DNA of 64,000 bases from Chiloscyllium plagiosum (Eukaryota): NCBI RefSeq assembly GCF_004010195.1, contig NC_057749.1:8185451-8249450 (forward strand), given 5' to 3'. A program made the position numbers and the translations under genes. Shown here one piece after another: positions 48,628 to 61,306 of this stretch. Positions within the stretch are counted from its first letter, which is position 1, and each line of letters starts with the position of its first letter. The notes under the pieces were generated by a model that ran no database searches, was not told where the DNA came from, and was given only the letters and a program-made list of their open reading frames with translations.

Positions 48628-49619
48628 TTGAATTGACATGACATCAGAGCCAAGTCCAGTCCTGCCTCACCCTATATCTACACAAGTTGATGGAGACCAA
48701 TCAGGACCGAGTACCCAAAGTGACCTTTCTTTCTCTCGTCAATTTTGTCCTGAGGTGCTGAGATCAAAATGCTGTCCTGCTTGTTAGCTAATAATGCAGC
48801 ACAGCCTGAGGAAGAAACCGAAGATTCTACAGACAGCATGGGTTACATTTACAAACTAACTTCAAAAGAGATGTGGAATGAAATACTTTGCAATAGCCAG
48901 TGGCAATCCAAGCTAAAAGGGAATTAAATTTGTTGCAGAAATGCTTATGAGAAAAAGAATATAATTCTAAGCTTGTCTTATCCAATTGCTGAAGCTGTAT
49001 TCTACAAGCTTTTAAGTCTTATGCAGAATGTTTGATTGGAATATTTGATCAGCAGACTCCAGGATTACGCTGCAGATGTTGCCCACTATTAATAAATATT
49101 TCCCTTCAATTATTCGAAAGCCTCTTAGTTAATGGTTATACCTGCAATTTTAAGATACAATCTTAAGGTGTATATTATGTCAACATTTATGGCGATGAAC
49201 TGAGACTCAAGTTGAAATAACATTTAGATTTGGAAATCTTTCACTGAAACACTGATTCACAGACTATGTTACGGCCCGGTCTGACACTCCTTCCTCTGTC
49301 GTTGAATTGATTAACAAGTCATTGCTGGAATTGGTTTCTAAAGGGCAGTGAGGGAAAAAGACTTTGTTTTTTTTTCTGACAATGAGAAAGAAGATTTGGG
49401 AAACCATGACAATAGCTTCAGGCAGCTGAATGCAAAATTAGTAGCAAAAACAATATCCAAACATTTAAGACATTTTAGAATTTTGATGGGTCTTACACTG
49501 ACATAGTTACAGTCACTTGGTAGCACAGAACTTGAATATTGCTGAACAGAGAGATATTTTCATTATTCTGTGAAAACACAGCTGAACATGTTTATTGAAA
49601 ATTGCATCATAATGCAATG

Positions 49620-49933
49620 GAGCAACACGGTGAATCAATGGTTAGCACTGCTGCCTCAAGGCGCCAGGGACCAAGGTTTGATTCCAGTCTCGGGCGACAG
49701 TTTGTGTGGAGTTTGCACATTCTCCCTGTGTCTGCGTGGGTTTCCTCCGGGTGCTCTGGTTTCCTCCCACAGTCCAAAGATGTGCAGGTTAGATGAATTG
49801 GTCATGCTAAATTGCCCGTAGAGTTAGGTGCATTCGCTAGAGGGAATGGGTCTGGGTGGGTTACTCTTCGGCGGGTCATTGTGGACTAGTTGGGCCAAAG
49901 GGCCTGTTTCCACACTGTAGGAAATCTAATCTA
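49620..49933 (+). mobile_element. HE1-like SINE
   Basis: Complete copy. Confidence 0.9.
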
Positions 49934-49949
49934 TAAACTTCTATAACAT

Positions 49950-50235
49950 TGTCTCTCAATCTCCTAAGCTCCAGTGAAAAAAGTGCCAAACTATCTAGCC
50001 TCTCTTTATAACTCAAACATTCCATATCCTTCAATGTCCTGATAAATCTCTTCTGAACTCTCTCCAGCTTAATAATATCCTTCCCATTACTGGGTGACCA
50101 GAACTAGAGACATTACTCCAGAAGAAGCCTAACCAGTGACCTGTACAACCTCAAACTGACTTCCCAATTCTGATATTCATAGTCTGAGTAATGAAGGCAA
50201 GCATGCCAAACACCTTTTTAAAGACCCTGTCTAAA
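49950..50235 (-). mobile_element. CR1 internal fragment
   Basis: Reverse complement is collinear with 12455-12710. Confidence 0.75.
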
Positions 50236-50259
50236 TGATGTGACCCATTTATGCCACTC

Positions 50260-51378
50260 AATTACCAAACAATGGCAATACTGAACAAGAAAGAATCTAA
50301 CCATTGCCATTCCTGAATTCCCCACAATCACCGTCATGGTGGTTACCTTTGTCCTGGACTAGTCACACAAATACAATGGCTACTACAGCAGGTCACAAGT
50401 TGCATTGAGTATAGAATCTTGGAATCCCTGCAGTGCAGAAAGAGGCCATTTGGCCCATCGAATCCCATTGACACCCGGCCCCCTACCCTCTCCCCATTAT
50501 CCCGCATTTCCCATGGCTAACCCACCCAGCCTGTACATCCTTGGTCATTATGGAACAATTTGCCATGGCCAATCCACCTAAGCTGCACATCTTTGGACTA
50601 TGGAAGGAAACTAGAGCAGCCGCAGGAAACCCACACAGTCACAGGGAGAATGTGCAAGCCTCAAACAGGCAGTTGCCTAAGGGTGGTATTGAACCCAGGG
50701 CTCTGGCGGTGTGAGGCAGCAGTGCTAACCACTGAGCCACTGTGCCGCCCCAGTAACTTACCTCCTGACTCCCTGAAGCCTGTTCATCATCTACAAAGTA
50801 CAATCAGGAGTACTGTCCACCTGCCTGGATGAGTGCAGCTCCAACAACATGCAACAGTTACATACCCTCCCAGCTGCATCTTTGCATTAACATGCAACAG
50901 GGATCCATGCACAGCAGTCAGCATTGGTACATCGATCACAACATTGAATTCCACTTCCAGAGGTCACACCGTGTGTGTAGATCTCATAGTCAGAATGAAA
51001 ATTTAAGGGAACACAACTAAAGAACCTCAATACCTTCTAAGACAGAGCAAGCCACTTGCTTGCTACCAGAATTATCATGATAAATATTCAATCCCTCCAC
51101 CACCATCACTCAGTCACGGAGATGTTTCCAATCCACGGGATACACTACACTGACTCACCAAGGTCCTTTCATAAGTACCTTCCAAACACATGCCAAACCA
51201 GAAAGACTAGGATACCACTTGCAAGTTCCCCTCCAAGCCACATACAAACTTCACATGGAAACATATTGGCTGACCCTTCACTGTCACTCACTCAAAATGC
51301 AGGAACTTCCTTTCTAACAGCTCTATGCATGGTGTCCTTGTACCACTTGGATGGCAGAGATTTAAGAAGTCACCTCAT
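50260..51378 (+). mobile_element. Fragmented LINE-B, interrupted by an HE1-like SINE (50412-50751, minus)
   Basis: atctacaaagtacaatcaggagt, WMSAAPTT and NIQSLHHHHSV motifs. Confidence 0.65.
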
Positions 51379-51392
51379 GCCTCCTTTATTGT

Positions 51393-51700
51393 TATTTGCT
51401 CATGGGACATGGACATTGCTGGCTGGGCCAGATCTTAGTTGCCCATCCCCTCATTGCCCTTGCAAAGATAGGTGTGAGCTGTCACCTTGAACCGCTGCAG
51501 TCTCCATGCTGTGAGTTAACCCACAATGCCCTTAGGGATTCCAGGATTTTGACCCAGTGACAGCGAAGGAACAGCGATATATTTCCAGGTCAGGATGGTG
51601 GGTGTCGTGGAGGGGATCTCTCAGGTGGTGGTGTTCCCAAGTATCTGCTGCTCTTGTCCTTCTGGATGGAAGTGGTCATGGGTTTGGAAGGTGCTGTCGA
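51393..51700 (-). mobile_element. LINE-B 3' end
   Basis: Collinear with 5890-6190. Confidence 0.82.
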
Positions 51701-52324
51701 AAAATCTACTCACGGACAATTAAGGATGAACAATAAATGTTTTGAAAGAAGAAAGAAAAATTGTGAAGGTCATACAGGCAGTGATAGACACGAGGTTTCT
51801 GACTCCACAGTGCTGGCTGCTTACATAGCTTGTGAAGTCAATAGATCCTTGTGACAATAGTCCTTTAAAAGCTCCCTTTGGTTTAATTGAACATGACATT
51901 TTCTATTAACTTTGTTCAGTGCTGCTATATCATTCGTTGGGCTCTACATATAGACAGCCTGAGAATTGACATTAAGAGTGTTGGGAAACAGCATTGTAAA
52001 TGGTTTGCCTGGCTTTGTACTGTCTGGTGGTACTCTGCTCAAAGTCTTTTGTCAAGGTTTCTCAGGATTCTAATAATGCACACCTCATTCCCCTCTTCAC
52101 ACTGTGACAAGTAGCCTTGAAACTTTCGTTCTTAGGTGTTCATGATGCCAACCGAAATAATGCTTACATTGTTCGCCAACTTTGAGAAATTCACCAACTT
52201 GGAATGGGCAGACGTTATAAAGATGAGAAGAAACCTCTGCACACAATCAGCATCCTTCCAAATACAAAATGATTATCAATGTTTTAGTCCTGGGATTTAG
52301 AGGAACTAAATGCCAGTGTTCAGG

Positions 52325-52962
52325 ACAAGATCAGTTGGTTCAATGGAGTGAGGAATGGCAGATGGAGTTTAATTTTGATCAATGTGAGCTATTACATTTT
52401 GGTAAAACAAACAAGGGCAGGACTTATACAATTAAAAGTAGGGTTCTGAGTAATGTAGGAAAGAGAGACCTAGGAGTTCAGGTAAATAATTCTTTGCAGA
52501 CAGAATCATTAAGAAGGCATTTAGCACACTTGCTTTCATTGCTCAGAGTGTAGGAGTTGGGATGTTATGTTGAGGTTGTGTAAAACATTGGTGAGTCTTC
52601 TTCTTGAGTAGTATGTCCAGTTCTGGTTGCTCCGTTATAGAAAGCATATCATTAAGCGGGAGAGGGTTCAGAAACGTTTTATCAGGATGTTACTGGGAAT
52701 GGAGGGTTTGAGTTATAGGGAGAGGCTGGATAGGCTGGGACTTTTCTTATTGGTGTGTGGGAAGTTGAGGGGTGGCTTAACTGAGATTTATCAAATCATG
52801 AGGAATATAGATAAGGTGTCTTTTCCCTCGGGTGGAGGATCTCAAGACGAGGGGGCATGTGATCAAGGTGAGAGGGGAAAGCGGTATAAAAGACAGCTAT
52901 CTGTAAGAATAATAGGGTGGTTATAGTAGGGGATTTTAACTTTCCAAACATAGACTGGGACT
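52325..52962 (+). mobile_element. CR1 RT fragment followed by a short CR1 endonuclease fragment
   Basis: WSEEWQMEFNFDQCELLHFG; then ICKNNRVVIVGDFNFPNIDWD at about 52897-52962. Confidence 0.85.
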
Positions 52963-53513
52963 GTTGTTGTGGTTCTGTTCGCCGAGTTGGAAGGTTTTGT
53001 TGCAAACGTTTCGTCCCCTGGCTAGGCGACATCATCAGTGCTTGGGAGCCTCCTGCGAAGCGCTTCTTTGATGTTTCCTCCGGTGTTTATAGTGGTCTGT
53101 CCCTGCCGCTTCCGGTTGAAGACAGGAAGGCAGCTAACAATCCGCATACATGAACATCAACTAGCCACGAAACGACACGACCAGCTATCCTTAGTAGCCA
53201 CACACGCAGACAACAAGCAACACGAATTCGACTGGGACAACACTACTATCATAGAGCAAGCCAGACAGAGAACAGCCAGGAAATTCCTAGAGGCATGGCA
53301 TCCACCCACAAACTCCCTCAACAAACACATCGACCTGGACCCAATATACCAACCACTACAGCGGACAGCTGAAACTGACAACCGGAAGCGGCAGGGACAG
53401 ACCACTATAAACACCGGAGGAAACATCAAAGAAGCGCTTCGCAGGAGGCTCCCAAGCACTGATGATGTCGCCTAGCCAGGGGACGAAAAGTTTGCAACAA
53501 AAACTTCCAGCTC
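52963..53513. mobile_element. Young Penelope-like element end with an inverted terminus
   Basis: TGRQLTIRIHEHQLATKRHD..FDWDNTTII..FLEAWH..LNKHIDLDPIY; arms about 52984-53118 and 53379-53513 are nearly perfect inverted repeats. Confidence 0.9.
53002..53041 (-). ncRNA. Minimal hammerhead ribozyme motif (partner at 53456-53495, plus strand)
   Basis: Reverse complement reads gca CTGATGA t gtcgcc tagcca ggggac GAAA cgtt tgc. Confidence 0.75.
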
Positions 53514-53625
53514 NNNNNNNNNNNNNNNNNNNNNNNNNNNNNNNNNNNNNNNNNNNNNNNNNNNNNNNNNNNNNNNNNNNNNNNNNNNNNNNNNNNNNNN
53601 NNNNNNNNNNNNNNNNNNNNNNNNN
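53514..53625. other. Assembly gap (112 N)
   Basis: Run of N. Confidence 1.
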
Positions 53626-53740
53626 GGTGTTCTCTGTACCATCACGTCTAGGAATGGGAGTTGGCTATCCTTTTCTTCTTCTCTCGTGAATCGGATTCCT
53701 GTGAGTGTGGCGTTGATGATCCGGTGTGTTTTTTCTATTT
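53626..53740 (-). mobile_element. Penelope RT fragment
   Basis: Reverse complement translates IEKTHRIINATLTGIRFTREEEKDSQLPFLDVMVQRT. Confidence 0.8.
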
Positions 53741-54258
53741 AGGGTGAGAGGGGAAAGATATAAAAGAGACCTCAGAGCAACGTTTTCACACAGAGAGTGG
53801 TATGTGTATGGAATGAGCTGCCAGAGGAAGTGGTGGAGGCTGGTACAATTGCAACATTTAAGAGGCATTTGGATGGGTATATGAATAGGAAGAGTTTGGA
53901 GGGATATGGGCCAGGCACTGGCAGGTGGGACTAGATTGGGTTGGGATATCTGGTCGGCATGGACGGGTTGGACCAAAAGTCCTGTTTCCATGCTAGACAT
54001 CTCTATGACATGAAGGGCACTTTTTTTTACAGAGAGAGTGGCTTGTGTGTGGAAAGAACTGCTGGAGGAAATGATGGATGTGAGTACATTTATAACGTTT
54101 TAAAAACATTTGGATAAGTACATGAATAAGAAATGCTTGGAAAGATATGGGCCAAGTGCACGCAGATGGGACTAATTTAGTCTGGGATTATGATTGGCAC
54201 ATATGAGTTGGACTGAGGGGTCTGTTTCAGTGCTGTATCACTCTATGACTCTATGACA
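53741..54258 (+). mobile_element. Two tandem CR1 3' ends
   Basis: Closely match 1-265; tails near 54008 and 54256. Confidence 0.88.
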
Positions 54259-54502
54259 TTAATAACAGCAAATTAGGCAGAGATGAATAGAAAGGAGATT
54301 TCCTTTTTGTTCACTTTTTTTATAACGGTTTTCTTTCTAATAGCACTGTAGATGGTGGAAAGAAAAGGTTGCTTGATTGAAGATTGAGAATCATTCCTTG
54401 GGATCACAAGGAATCTGTTTGTTGCTGAATTGGCCATGAGAACTTGGGGGCAGTTGGGCAGAGGGTGACACAATGAGGATGGGCATGGCAGGCAAGTAGT
54501 TT

Positions 54503-54788
54503 AGATGTGGAAACAGGCCCTTCAGCCCAACAAGTCCACATCAACCCTCCGAAGAGTAACCTGCCCGGACGCATTACCCTAAATTTACCCCCGATTAATG
54601 CACCTAACATTATGGGCAATTTAGCATGACTAATTCACCTAACTTGCACATCTTTGGATTGTGGGAAGGAACCCACACAGATACGGGGAGAATGTGCAAA
54701 CTCCACACAGGCAGTCTCCTGAGGTAGGAATTGAACCCGGGACCCTGGCGCTGTGAGGCAGCCGTGCTAACCACTGAGCCACCGTGTC
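54503..54788 (-). mobile_element. HE1-like SINE
   Basis: Complete on the minus strand. Confidence 0.88.
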
Positions 54789-55634
54789 GAAGTTAGAAAC
54801 ATGACTGTGCAGAGTAGTTAACCATAAGGTGGCCCCTCTGGGTATACTGAGCTGCCAAGTCTGAATTGTACGGAAATTATGCTGAATGCCACATTGTCTC
54901 ATGGGACCTTTAGACATTCTGGTTAAACACCCTTTCATCAAATCGAACTTTATGAGGCAACAACCTATAGTCAGTTACTCAAAAACCCATCCATAAATTC
55001 TTGGCAAGATCAATGTGGAAAGTCTCATTCAAAGCCAACCCCTCACCCACTTCTGACTACTGTCTGGTTAGTTACATTTGGCTTTTCATGGAATTTTTGA
55101 ACTCAGTGTGTTGGCTAAACCCTCTTAGTTCTGAAAACGGAGTGTGGGGATGTTTCTCTGTGAAGCTGCTGAACTGGCAATACCCAGGGGCTTGCCTGAG
55201 CTGTTACTTCACCTCCTGCTCAGTCCATCATCAGAACTTATGCATGAGGAGATTATGGAAGCTGAAGACCATCAAATCTGAAGACTTTTCCCAGCTGCCA
55301 TATTCACCAATGTGACCGTAGAATAGCATAGCACAGCAAGTGGCCATTCAGCCCATGAAGTCTGCCCTGGCTTTTTCAAAGACCAACCCTTGACTTTATC
55401 TCACTCTACTCCTCTCTCATGTAGCACCCCCAAATTTCTCACCTTCAAATATCTGTCCAACTCCCTTTTTGAAAACCAATTACAAATTAGCATCCATCAT
55501 TTTGGAAAGTATGGTCCAAATCATAACACCTTCTCTCTGCTTCTTCTCCCAATGACTTTTGCTCTTTGTTAAAGACCCTGCTATCAATGGGAATGGTCTT
55601 TGATGACTTGCTCCATCATAGCAACTCATGACTT

Positions 55635-55930
55635 TCATAGAATCATAGAATTTAACAGTACAAAGGAGGCTATTTGACCCATTATGTCTGTACCAGCTCC
55701 TGAAAGAGCTACCCACTGTCTAGCCCTATCTCCATAGCTCTCTAAATTCATCACTTTCAATTATACATCCAATTCTCTTTTGAAACTTCCTATGGAATCC
55801 GCCTCCACCACTCTGCCAGGCAAAAATTCCAAATCCCGACAATTCTCTGAGTAAGAAAGTTTCTCTTCATCTCGCTTCTGGCTCGTTTGCTGACAATCTT
55901 AAAATTGTAACCCCTAGTTGCTGGATGATG
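55635..55930 (-). mobile_element. CR1 3' end
   Basis: TRGYNFKIVSKRARSEMKRNFLTQRIVGIWN. Confidence 0.82.
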
Positions 55931-56339
55931 AATTATGTAAACTCTGTCACTTACCTTCTCTGCTTGAACGCGAGAAAACCAGATGCTTAAGTCTCTCCAC
56001 ATACTACTGTCCCTCATTCTGTTAAATTGTCAGTGATTTTCTTTACCGCTGGTGTGGACAGAAGTCAAAAATAGGACAACACTTTGGGATCCAACGTGAT
56101 CATGTGAAAGGTGGGAGGTTGTGATTCATTTGGTAAGGTCAGTGTCAATGCCGAAAGGAAGATTTCATATCAGGACCAGTTCTAAAATAAGTAGAATAAG
56201 CTCAGTTATGAAGATAGAGAGTGCCTGGGATGAGAAGGAGCACTCAGCAGATTTGGTAATAACTATGAAGAAAGAGAGGCAGTATTGGCATTGTGAGTCA
56301 CACATGAAGAGTCCTCTACTTACCATCCACATGATCAAC

Positions 56340-56620
56340 TTTCCTATCCTCCAGATGTACTATCTTCCATTTCTTTATCTTCCTAACTATCCTTCTCTCT
56401 CTCTGGGCTCCTTCTCCATCTATTCACAGACTCCTTCACTCCCATTCCCCCCTTTTCCGAACTACTATCAGTTCTGTAGAAGGTTCATAGAACTAGAAGT
56501 TCTGCAGAACTCAAAATGTTAACTCTGTTTCTTTTCCGCTGGATGCTGCCAGACTTGCTGAGTTTCTCCAACCATTACTGTTTTAGTTTCAGATTTCCAG
56601 CATCCACAGTTCTTTGTTTA
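56340..56620 (+). mobile_element. PLE family C 3' UTR remnant
   Basis: Pyrimidine-rich tract, then aaatgttaactctg...gatgctgccagacttgctgag as in 20400-20480. Confidence 0.65.
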
Positions 56621-56639
56621 AATTACCACAGAGAAGTTG

Positions 56640-57130
56640 TGTTGGACTTGAAATAACTCCTCAGAGGCCGATATCCTGTCACCAAGTCACCCTTTATTTA
56701 CACATGGAGAGTCCTTGACACTGATCCACCTCCCTCAGAGTCAGCTCTCAGAATGAACAGAACCTCTGACTCACCTATTTATATCTGTCAGCCAGGGCTC
56801 CCTGATTGGACCAGGTTAACAGCCCGAATCTGGGAACTCATATGGAATCATCGTAGCATCCCTACAGTGTGGAAGTAAACCACTCGGCCCATCAACTCCA
56901 CACCAACCCTCTTAAGAGCATCCCACTAGGACCCACCCCATCCCTGTAGCCCCGCATTTCCCATGGCTGACCCACCCAGCCTGCACATCCCTGGACTCTG
57001 TGGGCAATTTCCCACGGTCAGTCCACCTAACCTACTCATTCTTAGATTCTGGGAGGAAACTGGAGCACCCGAAGGAAACCCACACATATTCAATGATGGC
57101 CATCCAGCCAACCTCATTACAATTACTACA
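56640..57130 (-). mobile_element. Possible short LTR interrupted by an HE1-like SINE (56845-57086, minus)
   Basis: TGT...ACA ends; minus-strand CCAAT, TATA-like and AATAAA motifs in the expected order; no TSD seen. Confidence 0.4.
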
Positions 57131-58464
57131 GCACTGAGGGCATTGACTCTGTTTCTCTCTTAGAGGATGCTGCTTGATTTCCAGAGGCTTTCCAGCACCT
57201 TCCGGTTTTATTTCAGATTTCCAGCAATTATGACATTCTGGTTTTTGTAGAATAAACCCAGTATTTGTTTTCCCACACAGGTCTTTGGCATTCGCCAGCT
57301 CAAATGACAAGCTGCTGAAGCAAACTCAATGGACAAACAAACCAACTCCTGCTTCTAATGATCTAATAATCCTCTATAATTCCTCTGCACGCTTTCCCAG
57401 ACCAATCTTCCTGGAGTACCATCTCTTTAATGATACCTCTTCAAAATCCATTTGAACTAATTCTATATTTCAATAGGGCTTGTGCAAGGTGAGAGAAAGA
57501 AAAATAAAACTAACTTCCTCTTAAAAATCATTCAGGGTTTCATTTTTAGAGCTGTGCTTGGTTTCATAGTGCATTAATGATTTACTGGGGAAAATTCAGC
57601 CAAGTAAAAGTATTCATGTATGTGATAACATTGTCTGGCTAACACTCTTGATTAAATTTCCCCTGATGTAGCAAGGGAGATCAATCTATAGCTGGCTAGA
57701 TAGAAATAATTTGAGTGTGGCTTCTAATAAAAATAAAATTAAGTCCTGCTTTTCGAACTTCACCACAGTAACCAAGATAGGGACAGTCAGTAACTTAGCC
57801 TCTCAAATGTTGAGGAATATCATATGTAGAGCACTGTCTGATTGCCTCTGTAGATTTCAAATAACATGTTTCAAATCTGATGAAAAACATTGCCAGCAGG
57901 GTATTTTTACTAAAAAGGATCGGAACTCGTCTTCAGGTTAAAACAGCAAAATTGATTTTCAATGCTTTTTCACATTGATATTACTACTCTGCTGTTTGGT
58001 CAAAAAACTAATATTGCAATGTTCGATCAAACACTGGTCCTGTATAATCATGTTGTTAGGCTTGTGTGTTGGTCTTTTGAACATCAGAGTATGGTATTAA
58101 ACTTAACTTATTACTATTCTGCTTTCTAGTGCGATGTCAACTGACTGCATAAAATGATTTAAGGACTAACAGACTGTATGAAATCGCATGGTGTCAGCTT
58201 CTTCAGAAATGAGCCACGGAGTAAAGGAGAGAGGTTGTATTTCTTCCCCAGTCCACATTTCACTTTTCAGAAAGTGCTCTTATAAAATGCCTTTTTTATT
58301 CATTCATGGGATATAGGACAGCATTAATTGCCTGTCCTATATTGCCATTGAGAAGGTGGTGGTGAGCCGCCTTCTTGAACAACTGCAGTCCTATGCTTAT
58401 TGATAATGGCAACACTGCACAGTAACTGAGCATGGGCAGAAGCACAGCTTAGCCGTCTACCTCT

Positions 58465-58726
58465 CACACCTCATTTCACCAACATCAACAGATCCTATGG
58501 TCACAACAATCTACAAGACGCACTGAAACAGCTCACGAACATCTACAGATGCTACAGTTACAATAACCTACAAGATGCACTGAATCAACTCATCATCTCA
58601 CCAAAATCTACAGATGTTATATTCACAACAATCTACAAGAATGTCTGAATAAATTCAACATCTCACTGAAATTCACAGATGCTGCATCAACAGTAATCTA
58701 TAAGATGCAGTGAATCAATTCATCAT
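58465..58726. repeat. About 65-bp tandem repeat, 4 diverged copies, at the 5' edge of a LINE-B fragment (to about 59000)
   Basis: ctacaagatgcactga variants at 58511, 58568, 58633 and 58698. Confidence 0.8.
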
Positions 58727-59009
58727 GGCTCCTTTGAAAGCACTTTCCAAGCCCGCAAGTTCTGCAACCTAGGAGGACAAAGGCAGCACCACCACCAACT
58801 TGAAGTATAAGCTAGGCACCATTTTGACTTGGAGCTATATTACCTTTCCTTCACTATTGCAACTCAAAATTCTGCAAGTTCCTTCCTAACTTCACTGTGG
58901 GTGTCCCAACATCCCAGTGCTGCAGTGGTTCAAGAAGGCAGCTCATCACCATCTTCACCCGGACAATTAGGGATGTACAATAAAGGCTGATCCAGTCTAT
59001 GATTTGACT

Positions 59010-59425
59010 GGATTTGATTGATTTATTATACTGAAGTACAGTGAAAAGCTTTGTTTGCAAGCAGTATGGGCAAATCATAGTAAGCAAGGATGTACAGATC
59101 AGAAAGACTTAGACAGAGGCATACAAGTTACATTGTACAGGACATGGACTAAGCGAGAGTGACATTAGCAAGATCAGCATTATTTGAGGCTAGAGGATCC
59201 ATTAATCAGTTTACTAACAGCCAGGAAGAAGCTTTTCCTGAAGCTGCTGGTGCATATGTTCAGGCTTTTATATCTTCTGCCTGATGAAAGAGGTTGTAGG
59301 AGATCATTACCAGGGTGCAATGGGTCCTTAATGATGTTGGCAGTCTTTTTACAGCAGCAAGCCATGTAAGTTGAGTCCATGGATGGAAGGTTGGCTTTTG
59401 TGATGGTCTAGGCTCTGTCCACATC
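59010..59425 (-). mobile_element. Rex1/Babar-type LINE 3' end
   Basis: KKTANIIKDPLHPGNDLLQPLSSGRRYKSL..SFRKSFFLAV. Confidence 0.8.
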
Positions 59426-60111
59426 CCAGGAATGAAGAGAAGAGAAAAGCAATTCATGGGTTATGACGGTAAATTTAGATAACAACAGTTGGGAGACAGC
59501 TAAGTGGAGCAAAATCATATACTTGATGGGCTGAACGGCCTGTTTACGTACCCTATGTTCAGTCTTATGCATCCTGAAATAATGTACAGTATAAAACTGT
59601 TGACTTCCTCTGAAATTTGTAACTCAACCCCAATGAGAAATATGAATCTGTGGCAAAGCATGACAAATAAACACCTTTTCAAAACGCGCAAGAATATTAT
59701 AAAGGTAAATAAATCAATACAGACATTCTAAATATGATTAAATCCTGACTGGATATTAACTTTAAAATGAGTAGTGTTTATCAGATGAGAAATGCTGCCT
59801 CAAAGTTTGATGTGATGATTATATGGGGATTGCTGTGGCGTTTATTAAACATTTGAATTATAAAGCAAATGATTTTCAGATATATAAACTGATTTGGAAA
59901 ATAAAGTTGCAGCAGTTGTTCATGAATCAGCATGTTAAATGTAAGCTAACAACTGGGAAGGCAGTGTTTGTCTGAGCTACTCTGGATAAGATGTTCTCCA
60001 GCTCATTCCCTGTGCCTGGTCCCACGTCTGCTCACAGACCTGTCTGCAGCTGCATTAGACTTGATGTCTCTGAGTCAAGAGGGGGAAACCAGTTTAGGGT
60101 TTTTCTTCCAG

Positions 60112-60201
60112 AGTGCACCCCTATGACCGCTGCAAACACTACATCTTCGATCATCGCTACTTTTCGATTTTTTTGTTTGCTTTCATTGTTGATTTGGAAC
60201 T
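60112..60201 (+). CDS. Candidate 90-nt symmetric coding exon, unidentified
   Basis: Acceptor ggtttttcttccag and donor gtaagt; phase-2 frame VHPYDRCKHYIFDHRYFSIFLFAFIVDLE has C-rich third positions and stops just outside both splice sites. Confidence 0.4.
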
Positions 60202-60667
60202 GTAAGTTGAAGTTAAGAATTGAACATTGAACTTTGAACGGCAGCTTGGTTTTAAGAGGAGAGAACAAAAGACTGATGATAACTATTGTGAACTGGCTTG
60301 GTAAGATAATGCAGGTTAATCTAAGGATACTGCAGTCATTTTAACACCAAGATGTCACTATGCTCAGGGACTGGCAGCGAGTTGGATGTGAAATTGGTCA
60401 ATTGGTGCTAGCCAACAAACCACAGAGAATGCTGACAACTGACACAGATTGGGGTTGTGGGTAGGAGACAAGACGCAGTTTCATTTTAGAAATAGTTTAT
60501 CTGTACTCCGCAAAAGTTGCATTCTCAATTTTTTCAAAAAAATTATCTTTGCTTAACTTATAAACTTGATGTCTAAGGTTTGCCATTTGTAAAGTCTGAT
60601 TAGGAACAATTTAGCAATTTTGAGGGTCATTGAATGTTCTACCTTCACTGCATTGTCATTTTCCACA

Positions 60668-61173
60668 GAAAGCATTCTATCCAGATGCAGTAATGACCTG
60701 GTACTGCAACTGCACTGCCCAGGGCCGTCAGAAACTACAGAAAGTTGTGTGCACAGTCCAGGCCATCACTGAAGCCAACCTCCCATCCATGGAGTCCATT
60801 TACACTTCTCATTGCCACAGAAAGGCTGCCAACATCATCAATGACCCCTCACACCCCAGTAATGCTCTCTTCCAACCTCTTCCATTGGGCAAAAGATACA
60901 GAAGCTTGAACACACGGAGCAACAGGTTCAAGAACAGCTTCTTCCCCACTGTTATTAGACTGCTGAATGGACCTCTCCAATTTCAAGTAACGTTGACCTT
61001 GTGAAGGTTGATCTTGCTTTGTGCACCTCCTGTGCAGCCATAATCATGTATGGCTCACTCTCTCTAAGCCCCCCATGATTTGTAAGTCCTTGTTTACAAT
61101 GATCTGCTGGTAGTGCTCGCAAAACGAAGCTTTTCACTGTACTAAGGTACACATGACTACAATAAATCAAATC
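60668..61173 (+). mobile_element. Rex1/Babar-type LINE 3' end
   Basis: MTWYCNCTAQGRQKLQKVV..RKAANIINDPSHP..LPLGKRYRSL..RFKNSFFPTVIRLLN; (aaatc)n tail. Confidence 0.85.
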
Positions 61174-61306
61174 AAGATTCCAGTGATAGCGAGGCTGATT
61201 GCGTTTGGCTTGCTTAACCCTGTGTCATCACACTATCCATACCTCCAGGACTACAACATGCAAATTAAAGCATGTATTTCCAGAACTATCTGGACATTAG
61301 GTAGAG

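Noticed and set aside
53462..53689. ORF spanning the N run
   Set aside because: Artefact of the assembly gap.
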